A stretch of DNA of 64,000 bases from an uncultured Holophagales bacterium (GTDB taxonomy: Bacteria > Acidobacteriota > Thermoanaerobaculia > Multivoradales > UBA5704), in assembly GCA_963842525.1 (NCBI GenBank), contig CAWJGT010000019.1:128001-192000 (forward strand), in the 5' to 3' direction. Position 1 is the stretch's first letter; each line of letters begins with the position of its first letter. A program made the translations under genes and the position numbers. Below the pieces are notes generated by a model, which worked only from the letters and a program-made list of their open reading frames with translations, had not been told where the DNA came from and made no database searches. Positions 53,331 to 64,000 of the stretch are shown here, piece by piece.

Positions 53331-55655
53331 ATGCCTCAGTTGCCTCAGATGTCTTCGTTGTCCCGGAAACCCCGATTCGTCCTGCTCGTCCTGGCCTTGA
53401 CCCTGGCAGCGGCGGTGGCCGCGGCGCCGCCGGCATCCGGAGCTGGCACCCTGGGAACCCCGGAAAATACCCCGCTGCTCGGCTTCAGCGCCGAGCGCGC
53501 CGCCGACCAGCGCGCCCGCGAGGCCCGTTTCGACGCCACCCTGAAGCCCGACAACCTCCGGGAATGGATGCGGCGGCTGTCCGCCCATCCCCACCACGCG
53601 GGGTCTCCCTGGGGCAAGGAGAACGCCGAATTCATGGCGTCGCTCTTCCGCTCCTGGGGCTACGACACCAGCATCGAAGAGTTCCAGGTCCTCTTCCCCA
53701 CCCCCAAGGTGCGGGTCCTCGAAATGGTCGCCCCGACCCGGTTCCAGGCGTCGCTCTCCGAGCCGCCGGTCGCCGGCGATTCCACCTCGGGCCAGACCGC
53801 CGAGCAGCTTCCGATCTTCAACGCCTACTCGCGGGACGGCGACGTCACCGGCGACCTGGTCTTCGTCAACTGGGGCGTGCCGGCGGACTACGAGGAGCTC
53901 GAGCGCCGCGGCGTCGACGTCCGCGGCAAGATCGTGCTGGCCCGGTACGGCGGCTCCTGGCGCGGCATCAAGCCCAAAGTGGCCGCCGAGCACGGCGCCA
54001 TCGGCTGCATCATCTACTCCGACCCGCGGGAGGACGGCTACCTGCAGGGCGAACCATATCCCAAGGGCGGCTGGCGGCCCGACCGCGGCGCCCAGCGGGG
54101 ATCGGTGGCCGACATGCCGATCCATCCCGGCGATCCCCAGACCCCTGGGGTTGGCTCGACTCAGGATGCCAAAAGGCTTTCCTTGCAGGAAGCGACGACC
54201 ATCACCAGGATCCCGGTGCTGCCGATCTCCTACGCCGACGCCCTGCCGCTGCTCCAGGCCCTCGGCGGCCCCATGGCGCCACAGGACTGGCGCGGCGCGC
54301 TGCCCGTCCCCTACCGGCTGGGCCCCGGCCCGGCCCGGGTCCATCTGAAATTGGAGTTCGACTGGAAGCAGGTGCCCGCCTACGACGTCATCGCCCGGCT
54401 CCAGGGCTCCGAGCTCCCGGATCAGTGGATCGTGCGCGGCAACCACCACGACGGCTGGGTCAACGGCGCCACCGACCCGATCAGCGGCATGGTCGCTCTT
54501 CTGGAAGAAGCCCGGGCCGTGGGCGAGCTCGCCAAGAGCGGCTGGCGTCCACGGCGGACCATCGTCTACGCCGCCTGGGACGCCGAGGAGCCCGGCCTGC
54601 TCGGCTCGGTCGAATGGGCCGAGACCCACGCCGACCTGCTGCGCGAGCACGCCGTCGCCTACATCAACTCGGACTCCAACTCCCGCGGCTTCCTCGACAT
54701 CGGCGGCTCGCACACCCTGGAGCTGCTGGTCAACCAGGTGGCCCGCGATGTGACCGATCCGGAGAAGGGGATCAGCGTGGCCGACCGCACCAGGGCGGCC
54801 GTCGTTCTCTTCGGCTCCCCCGAAGAGCGCCGGGAGGCGCGGTCGAGCCAGTCGTTCCGCATCTATCCGCTGGGCTCGGGATCGGACTACACGCCGTTCC
54901 TGCAGCACCTCGGGATCGCCTCGATCAACCTCGGCTACGGCGGCGAGGACGAATACGGGCAGTACCATTCGATCTACGACACCTTCGACCACTATGTCCG
55001 GTTCATGGACCCGAAATTCGAGTACGGGGTCGCCCTGGCCAAGACCGCGGGGCGGCTCGTCCTGCGCCTCGCCGACGCCGACGTCCTGCCCTTCGACCTC
55101 AGCCGTTTCAATGCCACGGTTGCGCGCTATGCCGACGAGGTCGTGAAGCTGGCGGACGATCTGCGGGGCGAGGCGGAGGAGCGCAACCGGCGCCTCGAGG
55201 ACAAGGCCTACCAGGCGGTCGACGACCCGACCCAGACCTGGGTGGCGCCGAAGCCGCTCGACCCTGTGCCCTTCCTCAACTTCGCGCCGCTGCGCAACGC
55301 CCTGGCGGCGCTGGAGACGAGCACCCGGGCCTGGGAACGGGCGCGGGACGCCAGGGAGTCGGGCGGCAAGCCCCTTGCAGCCGCCGAACGGAAGCGGCTC
55401 GACGAGATCCTGATGAAGACCGAGCGCGCCCTGACCCGGCGCGAGGGCCTGCCCGGCCGGCCATGGTACGTCCACCACATCTACGCCCCCGGCTTCTACA
55501 CCGGCTACGGGGTGAAGACCCTGCCCACCGTGCGCGAGGCCATCGAGCAGCGGAAGTGGAAGGAAGCCGAGGACCAGATCGTCATCCTGGCCGGCGTCCT
55601 CCAGGGCTTCGCCAAGGAGGTCGACCGCGCGACGGCAATCCTGGCCGGGAAATGA
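53331..55655 (+). CDS. M28 peptidase, glutamate carboxypeptidase II type (PA + TfR dimerisation domains)
   Basis: Signal peptide; GNHHDGW, DP.SG, WDAEE.GL.GS.EW, YINSD, GSGSDY, YHSIYD and RPWY.H motifs. Confidence 0.92.
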   Translation: MPQLPQMSSLSRKPRFVLLVLALTLAAAVAAAPPASGAGTLGTPENTPLLGFSAERAADQRAREARFDATLKPDNLREWMRRLSAHPHHAGSPWGKENAEFMASLFRSWGYDTSIEEFQVLFPTPKVRVLEMVAPTRFQASLSEPPVAGDSTSGQTAEQLPIFNAYSRDGDVTGDLVFVNWGVPADYEELERRGVDVRGKIVLARYGGSWRGIKPKVAAEHGAIGCIIYSDPREDGYLQGEPYPKGGWRPDRGAQRGSVADMPIHPGDPQTPGVGSTQDAKRLSLQEATTITRIPVLPISYADALPLLQALGGPMAPQDWRGALPVPYRLGPGPARVHLKLEFDWKQVPAYDVIARLQGSELPDQWIVRGNHHDGWVNGATDPISGMVALLEEARAVGELAKSGWRPRRTIVYAAWDAEEPGLLGSVEWAETHADLLREHAVAYINSDSNSRGFLDIGGSHTLELLVNQVARDVTDPEKGISVADRTRAAVVLFGSPEERREARSSQSFRIYPLGSGSDYTPFLQHLGIASINLGYGGEDEYGQYHSIYDTFDHYVRFMDPKFEYGVALAKTAGRLVLRLADADVLPFDLSRFNATVARYADEVVKLADDLRGEAEERNRRLEDKAYQAVDDPTQTWVAPKPLDPVPFLNFAPLRNALAALETSTRAWERARDARESGGKPLAAAERKRLDEILMKTERALTRREGLPGRPWYVHHIYAPGFYTGYGVKTLPTVREAIEQRKWKEAEDQIVILAGVLQGFAKEVDRATAILAGK

Positions 55656-55760
55656 AATGCCTAGCTTAAGACCCGACACCCGCGGGTTGCGGCGACGACC
55701 GCTTCCTTGTCTATGTAGATAGAGAGGGCCGCATCTGATCAGCGGAGCGGCGGCGAAGCC

Positions 55761-57245
55761 ATGAATATCGTACTCCTCACACCGGCACGACGCTTCATCG
55801 CCAATCGGGCGGGTCTGGGCTACCAGATCCCGCTCGGGCTCGTGTTCATCGGCGGCGCACTGATCGACGCCGGCCACCGGGTCAGGCTGATCGACAACGA
55901 CATGCTGGGCTGGGATGACGCACGGCTGGCCGCCGAGCTCGCGGACGACCCGCCCGACTGCATCATGATCGGCCACACCAGCTCCACGGCGGCCCATCCG
56001 GTGGCCATGCGGACCGCCGCGGCCTTGCGCAGGGCCTTTCCGCAAGCGGTTCTGGTCTACGGCGGCGTCTATCCCAGCTATACGGCGCGCGAGGTGCTGG
56101 ACGCCAACCCTTGTCTGGACGTCGTGGTCCAGGGAGAAGGGGAGGAGACCGTCGTCGATCTCGCCGCGGTGCTGGCGAGCGGCCGTGAGGCGCTTCACCC
56201 GGTGCGCGGCATCACCTGGCGCTCCGCGGAGGGCATCGTCGGCAATCCCGGCCGGCCGCCCATCGCGGACCTGGACCGGTATCGGCCCGGTTGGGAGCTG
56301 GTCGACTGGCCGAGATACGAGCTCTTTGGCTTCGGGCGATCCGCGGGCATGCAGCTCAGCCGCGGCTGTCCGCTGACCTGCACCTATTGCGGCCAGTGGA
56401 GCTTCTGGCGCAAGTGGCGTCACCGCAGCCCGGCGGAGGTGGCGGACCAGTTGGAGATCCTGGCGCGCCGCTATGGCGTCCGCATCGTCTGGTTTGCGGA
56501 CGAGAGCTTCGCGGCCGACCGCGACACCGCACGACAGACCCTGGAGCTCGTGGCAGCGCGCAACCTGGGGCTCTCGCTCAACCTGAACATGACGGCGGCC
56601 GACGTGGTGCGGGATGCGGACCTGCTGCCCCTCTACAAGCAGGCAGGGGTCGACAACGTCATCATGGGTGTCGAGTCCCTGGACGACCCGACGGTCGCCA
56701 GGGTCCGTAAGAACAACCCCTATGCCATCAGCCGGGAAGCGACCCGGCTCTTGCGGGCCCACGGCATCGTCGGCCTGGCGAACATCATCTATGGTCTGGA
56801 GGAAGAGAGCCTGGGCTCCCTGTGGCGAACCTTCCGCGGCGTCTTCGCGCTCGACCCGGACATCCTCAACGCGGTCTATCTCACCCCGCATCATTGGACT
56901 GTGGCCGGCCGCGAGACCGCGGCGCGCCAGATCATCCAGCCGGATCAACACTACTGGACCTATCGCAACCAGGTGGTCTCGACGCCGCGGCTTCGGCCGT
57001 GGCAGCTCTTTGCCGGCATCAAGCTCACCGAGGCGCTGTTCCACCTGCGCCCGCGGGCGCTCTGGCGCATGGCCTTCGGTCGCGACACCCGTTATCGCAA
57101 GCTGCTGCGGGCCTATTTCGCCGTGGGCCTGCGCGTCTTTTTCGCCGAGATCCAGGAGGCCGCCTTCAGCGCCAGGCTCGTCGACGCCGGCGCCCTCGGC
57201 GCGATCCCGGGCTTCCCGGCCCGGCAGCTTCCGGCGCCGCGGTGA
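55761..57245 (+). CDS. B12-binding radical SAM enzyme (BchE-like clade)
   Basis: N-terminal cobalamin-binding domain (PLGL..IGG.L, VYGGVYP, VVQGEGE); SRGCPLTCTYCGQW; FADE; MGVES. Confidence 0.85.
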   Translation: MNIVLLTPARRFIANRAGLGYQIPLGLVFIGGALIDAGHRVRLIDNDMLGWDDARLAAELADDPPDCIMIGHTSSTAAHPVAMRTAAALRRAFPQAVLVYGGVYPSYTAREVLDANPCLDVVVQGEGEETVVDLAAVLASGREALHPVRGITWRSAEGIVGNPGRPPIADLDRYRPGWELVDWPRYELFGFGRSAGMQLSRGCPLTCTYCGQWSFWRKWRHRSPAEVADQLEILARRYGVRIVWFADESFAADRDTARQTLELVAARNLGLSLNLNMTAADVVRDADLLPLYKQAGVDNVIMGVESLDDPTVARVRKNNPYAISREATRLLRAHGIVGLANIIYGLEEESLGSLWRTFRGVFALDPDILNAVYLTPHHWTVAGRETAARQIIQPDQHYWTYRNQVVSTPRLRPWQLFAGIKLTEALFHLRPRALWRMAFGRDTRYRKLLRAYFAVGLRVFFAEIQEAAFSARLVDAGALGAIPGFPARQLPAPR

Positions 57246-57260
57246 AGAGATCCTCCGGGC

Positions 57261-58907
57261 TCAGAGGAGAGAGCCGCTCCCACCCAACAGGTAGTTGCGG
57301 ACGAGCGGGATCGGCGGGCCGCCGCAGGCCAGGAACTGGTCGTGGAGCTCGCGCCAGGCTTTCCGATCGCAGCTTGCAACGCCGTGGCTTGCGGTCCAGT
57401 CCGCGCGCAGCTTGCGGACCATGAGCTTGCCGAGGGTGTAGTTGAGGTAGGGAGGGTCGAAGGTGCCGCGGGCCGCTTGCTGGCGGGCGTTGGCCGCGTC
57501 CTGGAAGGCCTGCTCGCGGAACATCCGCTCGGCTTCGGCCACCGCCAGGCCGCCGGTGTGAAGCCCGAGGGCCACCAGGTAGCGGACGTTGCGCAGCAGC
57601 GCGTTCTGGAGCTGGCCGATGCGCAGTGCCGGGTCGCCGTCGCCGAAGCCCGCTTCCCACATCAGCTCCTCGGAGTAGTGCGCCCAGCCCTCGGCATAGC
57701 CGTAGCCCACGAACAGGCGGCCGACCTCGGACACGGCGCGGTTGGAGTGGAGGAACTGCAGGAAGTGGCCCGGCCACACCTCGTGGATCGTGACGAACAG
57801 GAGGTCGGCGCGGCCCGGCAGGTAGGCGGCGCGCTCCTCGGGCGACCAGGAGGCGTCCGGGGGCGAGATGTAGTAGATGGATGGCAGATGCCGGTCGTAG
57901 GGTCCCGGGATGTCGATGTACGCCGAGTTCCAGCGCTGATAGGGCGGCGCCTCGGCGATGAGCGCCTGCTCGTTGCCGGGGATCGAGACCAGCTCCTTCT
58001 CCTCGACGAAGCAGCGGAGGTCGGCGAGCTGGCGGCGGGCCGCTTCGACCGGACCCTCCGGCGGCTTCTCCGCCTGGATCGCGTCCACGCATTCTTCGAT
58101 CGGCCGGCCGGGGGCATAGGCGGCGCAGGCCTCGCGCAGGGCGGCGAGATTGCGCTCGAGCTCGCGGCGGCCGGCCGCTTCTAGCTCGGCGAGGGGGACT
58201 TCGACCCGCTCGGTGTCGCGCAACATGCGGCGGTACCGCTCGGGTCCGAAAGCGAAGTCCCCGTCGCCCTCGCCGGCCGCCTCCTTGCGGGCCGTGAACC
58301 AGGCTCCCAGGTCGCGCATGGCTGCGGCGGCGGCGGCGTTGGCGGTCCGCATCTCCTCCTGGAGCCCCGGGTCTGCGACCGCGGCGAAGATCGGCGGCAC
58401 GTCTTTCTCGTAATAGCCGGCGAGGCCGCCCAGGGTCATCTCGCCGAGCCGGGCGAAGGTGCGCGGCAGGGCCGTCTCTTCCAGGTTGACGCGGATCTGC
58501 CCGGCGGCGCGCGGCACGGCCCGAGCGTACTCGATATAGGCGCGCATCCGCTGCTCCAGAGGTGCGTAGTCGCGCGTCAGGTACATGGCGGGGTCCAGCG
58601 GCCCGGTGTAGACGATGGGGTTGCGGTGGTAGAGGTCGGCATCCGCCATCCAGAAGAGGTCGGCGTCGATCTGAGCGAGGAGGTGCTCGCGCTCCAGGCC
58701 AAGCGGTCCCTCCAGGGACGAGAAGGCCTGGGCCTGCTCACGCTGCTCGCGCATCCAGGCCACCTTGTACACCAGCCCCTCGGGGCTCCAGTCCGGCAGC
58801 CGGCCGTCGTGCTCGTGCCGGCCCGCTCCGGCGGCGAAGGTGGGGTGCAGCTCGAAGTACTCGTCCACGAAGGATGTGACGAAACGACGCCAATCTGCCT
58901 CGCTCAT
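57261..58907 (-). CDS. DUF885 family M2-like metallopeptidase
   Basis: HEVWPGHFLQ, EGWAHYSE, YL.YTLGKL and HD.FL..G motifs. Confidence 0.85.
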   Translation of the reverse strand: MSEADWRRFVTSFVDEYFELHPTFAAGAGRHEHDGRLPDWSPEGLVYKVAWMREQREQAQAFSSLEGPLGLEREHLLAQIDADLFWMADADLYHRNPIVYTGPLDPAMYLTRDYAPLEQRMRAYIEYARAVPRAAGQIRVNLEETALPRTFARLGEMTLGGLAGYYEKDVPPIFAAVADPGLQEEMRTANAAAAAAMRDLGAWFTARKEAAGEGDGDFAFGPERYRRMLRDTERVEVPLAELEAAGRRELERNLAALREACAAYAPGRPIEECVDAIQAEKPPEGPVEAARRQLADLRCFVEEKELVSIPGNEQALIAEAPPYQRWNSAYIDIPGPYDRHLPSIYYISPPDASWSPEERAAYLPGRADLLFVTIHEVWPGHFLQFLHSNRAVSEVGRLFVGYGYAEGWAHYSEELMWEAGFGDGDPALRIGQLQNALLRNVRYLVALGLHTGGLAVAEAERMFREQAFQDAANARQQAARGTFDPPYLNYTLGKLMVRKLRADWTASHGVASCDRKAWRELHDQFLACGGPPIPLVRNYLLGGSGSLL

Positions 58908-59376
58908 AGCGGCAGAGTCTATCCGCAGAGGGAACCGCAAAGCTGTGATCTGCGGCACACGGGCTTGCTGTAGCATCTGATCATGTCGAAACAGACCTAT
59001 GCGACCCACCGGAAGATCGTCCCGGGGTTCCATTTTGTGACCCTCGGCATCCTGGCCATCAACCTCATCTGGTCCGTGGTCCGGCTGTTCAGCGGGGCCG
59101 GCATGCCGCTCGCGGACCGCGTCATCGCCTTTCTGACGGCCCTGGGGCTCGCGCTCCTGGCCTTCTACGCCCGCACGTTCGCCTTGCGGGTGCAGGACCG
59201 GGTGATCCGCCTGGAGGAACGGCTGCGGCTGGCCGAGCTGCTCCCGGCCGATCTCCGGCCGCGGATCGGCGAGCTGAGGCCCCGGCAGCTCCTTGGGCTG
59301 CGCTTCGCGAGCGACGAGGAGCTGCCCGAGCTGACCCGCAAGGTGCTGGACGAGCGGATCGCGAGCGCGAACGAGA

Positions 59377-61256
<1,880 letters not shown>

Positions 61257-61441
61257 TTATCGGTAAAGTCCCGTTCCCTCAAGCATTTTCGACGTTTGAA
61301 GCAAACCCGATGCCGGAAACCGCGACGCTGCCCCTCCCGAGAGTGCTCCGGACGGGCTTTTGCTTTCGCCCTGCGTGCTAGACTCCCGGCCCGTAAAAAA
61401 CGCCGACCCAACCGCCAATTGACCTCCAATTAACCTCCGAC

Positions 61442-62071
61442 ATGGCCCCGCTCTTCCGTCGCAAACCGCCTACCCGCCTGCACATCGGCGCCGGCCGCGA
61501 GCGGCTGGAGGGGTGGGTCAACGTCGACATCCAGGCCCTGCCCGGGGTGGACGTGGTGGCCGACGTCACCCAGGGGCTTCAGTTCTCGGACGTCGAGGCG
61601 GTCTTCGCCGAGCATTTCCTCGAGCACCTGGCGATCGACGACGCCATCAAGTTCCTGCTCGAATCACACCGCGTGCTGCGGCCCGGCGGCTGGCTGCGGC
61701 TGTCGACTCCCAACCTGGACTGGGTCTGGACCACGCACTACCGGCTGGACCTCGACGGCGAGGGGAAGCGGCAGGCCGCCCTGGTGCTCAACCGCGCCTT
61801 CCACGGCTGGCGTCACCAGTTCCTGTGGAACCGGCAGATCCTGGGCGAGGTGCTGGCGGCCTGCGGCTTCGATCCGGTGTCCTGGCGCCGCTACGGCGAG
61901 AGCGACCTCCCCATCTTCCAGGGAATCGAGCGCCACGAGACCTACGAGGATGCGCCCGACCTCCCCCACGTGATCATCGCCGAGGCGCGCAAGGCCGCGC
62001 CGCGGCCGGATTTGCTGGAGAGCTTCCGCGGCCTGGTGCAGCGGGAATTCCTTCAGCACATGGCGGATTAG
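61442..62071 (+). CDS. SAM-dependent methyltransferase (type 11-like)
   Basis: LHIGAG….GWVNVD, EHFLEHL and RVLRPGG.LR.STP motifs. Confidence 0.85.
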   Translation: MAPLFRRKPPTRLHIGAGRERLEGWVNVDIQALPGVDVVADVTQGLQFSDVEAVFAEHFLEHLAIDDAIKFLLESHRVLRPGGWLRLSTPNLDWVWTTHYRLDLDGEGKRQAALVLNRAFHGWRHQFLWNRQILGEVLAACGFDPVSWRRYGESDLPIFQGIERHETYEDAPDLPHVIIAEARKAAPRPDLLESFRGLVQREFLQHMAD

Positions 62072-62082
62072 ACTCGCTCTCC

Positions 62083-63447
62083 GTGACCGCTCCGCTCCGC
62101 CGCATCTCCACGCTCGTCCTGGCCCTGGGCCTGCTCCTCCTGGGCTGCGAGGGCCGGCCTCGCGCGAAGAACGTGCTCTTCATCCTGGTGGACACCCTGC
62201 GGGCCGACCACCTGGGGATCTACGGCTATGGCCGGGACACCAGCCCGACCCTCGACGCCTTCGCCCGCCAAGGGTCGCTGTTCCAGAGCGCCCGCAGCCA
62301 GGCCTCCTGCACCTATCCATCGGTCAACTCGATGCTCACCGGGCGCTATCCGGCGGTCTTTCTGGCACAGCCGGACGGCTATCTGGGCATCCCGGAATGG
62401 ATTCCCTCGGTGGCGGAGATCCTGAAGCAGAGCGGCTACCGTACGGCGGCAGTCTCGTCGAGCGCCGTGGTGCGCAACAAGCCCAGCCGGTTCAACCCGG
62501 GCGGCGGATTCGGCCGCGGCTTCGACGTCTTTCATGAAGGTTGCGTCTGGAAGAACGCCGCCTGCGTCAACGAGCAGGCGTTCGAGCAGCTCCGGGCGGC
62601 AGACGACGGGAAGCCGTTCTTCCTCTATCTCCACTACCTGGAGCCGCACGGCCCCTACCACCCTCCGGCCGATTTCAAGCGCCGGTTCGCCACCGACCCG
62701 CCGCCGGAGAAGGCCTTCGTCCGCAAGGGCAACCCGAACCCGATCGCCGACTTCCTTTATAAGAAGGAGCCCGATCCGGGAGCGACGCCGGCGGACCTGC
62801 AATACCTGAAGGACCTCTACGACGACGAGATCGCCTATTTCGACACCCAGCTCGCCCGTCTCCTGGAGGAGCTGCGGACCCGTGGGCTCCTCGATAACAC
62901 GCTCGTCGTCCTCGCCTCGGACCATGGCGAGGAGTTCCTGGAGCATGGCCACATCAAGCATTGCCGGACGGTCTACGACACCCTGGTCAAGGTGCCGCTC
63001 ATCTTCCACATCCCGGGAGCCGAGCCCCGCGCGGTCGCCGAGGCGGTGGAGAACGTCGACATCGTCCCGACGGTCCTCGACTACCTGGGGATCGAGCCGC
63101 CGACGGGTACGACTTTCGAAGGCAGGAGCCTCCGCCCGTTGATCGAGGGCAAGCCCGCCGAGGCCCGCCCACAGTTCAGCCTGGCCGGCCCGTGGCGCAG
63201 CTCCGCCGACGGCCACTACAAGCTGATCCACCTGATCAACGAAGGGAGCTACGTCCTCTACGACCTCCAGGCCGATCCTGGCGAGACCAAGGACGTCCTG
63301 CCCCGCCACCGGCGCGACTTCCACCGCCTGAGAGAGGCCCTCACCGGCTGGCTCGCCCGCTTCGAAGGCGCCGGAGCCGCCGACGAGAGCCTGCGCAAGG
63401 CCCGCGAGACCGAGCAGCGCCTGCGGTCGCTCGGGTACCTGGAATAA
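62083..63447 (+). CDS. Sulfatase-family (alkaline phosphatase superfamily) lipoprotein
   Basis: Lipobox LLGC; NVLFILVDTLRADH, TYPS..SMLTG, HY.EPH.PY, YD.EI, SDHGEEF.EHG, LYDL..DPGE and LRSLGY motifs. Confidence 0.88.
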   Translation: MTAPLRRISTLVLALGLLLLGCEGRPRAKNVLFILVDTLRADHLGIYGYGRDTSPTLDAFARQGSLFQSARSQASCTYPSVNSMLTGRYPAVFLAQPDGYLGIPEWIPSVAEILKQSGYRTAAVSSSAVVRNKPSRFNPGGGFGRGFDVFHEGCVWKNAACVNEQAFEQLRAADDGKPFFLYLHYLEPHGPYHPPADFKRRFATDPPPEKAFVRKGNPNPIADFLYKKEPDPGATPADLQYLKDLYDDEIAYFDTQLARLLEELRTRGLLDNTLVVLASDHGEEFLEHGHIKHCRTVYDTLVKVPLIFHIPGAEPRAVAEAVENVDIVPTVLDYLGIEPPTGTTFEGRSLRPLIEGKPAEARPQFSLAGPWRSSADGHYKLIHLINEGSYVLYDLQADPGETKDVLPRHRRDFHRLREALTGWLARFEGAGAADESLRKARETEQRLRSLGYLE

Positions 63448-63491
63448 AGGGAATGAACACGCCCCCTCCCCTGTTACCTCTGCCGGGACGG

Positions 63492-63520
63492 TTGACACGG
63501 CCCGAGGGTTGTGCGACGAT
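63492..63520 (+). promoter_or_regulatory. Sigma70-type promoter of tRNA-fMet
   Basis: TTGACA (63492-63497), 17-nt spacer ending in TGn, GACGAT (63515-63520). Confidence 0.5.
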
Positions 63521-63562
63521 CCCCCTCCGCTCTTGAACGAGGGCGGCTTTGACAAACGGTGA

Positions 63563-63648
<86 letters not shown>

Positions 63649-63654
63649 GACTCG

Positions 63655-63685
63655 AAGGCCGCGGCGACGCGGTCTTTTTGCTTTT
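63655..63685 (+). terminator. Rho-independent terminator after the tRNA
   Basis: AGGCCGCG-GCGA-CGCGGTCT hairpin followed by a T-rich run. Confidence 0.75.
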
Positions 63686-64000
63686 CTAGGCAGGCCTTAT
63701 CGGCTCCGGCTCCTCCACCACCGGCGCGGCGCTCCGCGGCTCGCCTCTCTTCTGACGGAGCGTCAACAGGCTGACACCCAACATCAAGAGGGCCGCGAGC
63801 CAGAACGGGTACTTCATCCCCATGTGCTGGAAGACGAAGCCCGAGCCGAGCGGGCCGATCATCCGTGCCATGGACCCGAACGACTGCTGGACGCCCAGCA
63901 CCTGGCCGGTCTCGGTGCGCGGCGAACGGCGGGAGACCAGGGCGGTCGTGGCCGGGAACAGGAGAGCGGTCCCCACCGGCACGAGGAGCGCGACCGCGAT
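63686..64000 (-). CDS. MFS transporter (TetA/DHA1-like), C-terminal part
   Basis: P…ALVSR…..G..LG..QS..S.AR.IGP..G motif; gene starts right of the window. Confidence 0.8.
   Translation of the reverse strand: MAVALLVPVGTALLFPATTALVSRRSPRTETGQVLGVQQSFGSMARMIGPLGSGFVFQHMGMKYPFWLAALLMLGVSLLTLRQKRGEPRSAAPVVEEPEPIRPA

Noticed and set aside
53016-57044. 1342-aa minus-strand ORF and other long antisense ORFs (e.g. 20505-23450, 13669-15822, 45659-48304)
   Set aside because: Shadow ORFs opposite well-supported genes, expected in high-GC DNA; no domain motifs.
55761-57245. Calling this bchE and inferring phototrophy
   Set aside because: No other bch or reaction-centre genes in the window, and BchE-like B12 radical SAM enzymes are widespread in non-phototrophs.

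Overview
High-GC bacterial chromosomal window. Gene content and arrangement suggest Acidobacteriota, possibly Thermoanaerobaculia (inference). In order: a Wadjet/MksBEFG-like SMC operon whose first gene runs off the left edge (1-5671), followed by a 21-bp-periodic array of palindromes; lipid A/Kdo genes (waaA-lpxK-lpxL) with a GT-C glycosyltransferase; an ECF sigma/zinc anti-sigma pair heading a complete T2SS/type IV pilus-like operon (PilC/B/M/N/O/P-like, TPR-secretin-cohesin, three pseudopilins) and dut; a 1.39-kb mosaic insert between 79-bp direct repeats carrying an addiction-module TA pair; an operon of KamA radical SAM, two D-Ala-D-Ala-ligase-like ATP-grasp enzymes, a fused GNAT and a secreted truncated globin; a TIR-STAND-TPR protein next to a second 21-bp-periodic array that is also one large palindrome; Rieske/FAD oxidoreductase, arginase, rsmI; a GT-C/GT2/YdjC glycosylation module; aat; vapBC; a histidine kinase; an M28 peptidase; an orphan BchE-like B12 radical SAM enzyme; DUF885; ftsB; eno; a sulfatase; and initiator tRNA-fMet. 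At least three REP/MITE-type palindromic repeat families occur, and one is repeatedly inserted in frame inside proteins. Many genes appear leaderless. Five genes carry apparent +1 frameshifts, including lpxK, most likely assembly errors. Family assignments rest on motif recognition only; no database searches were run.
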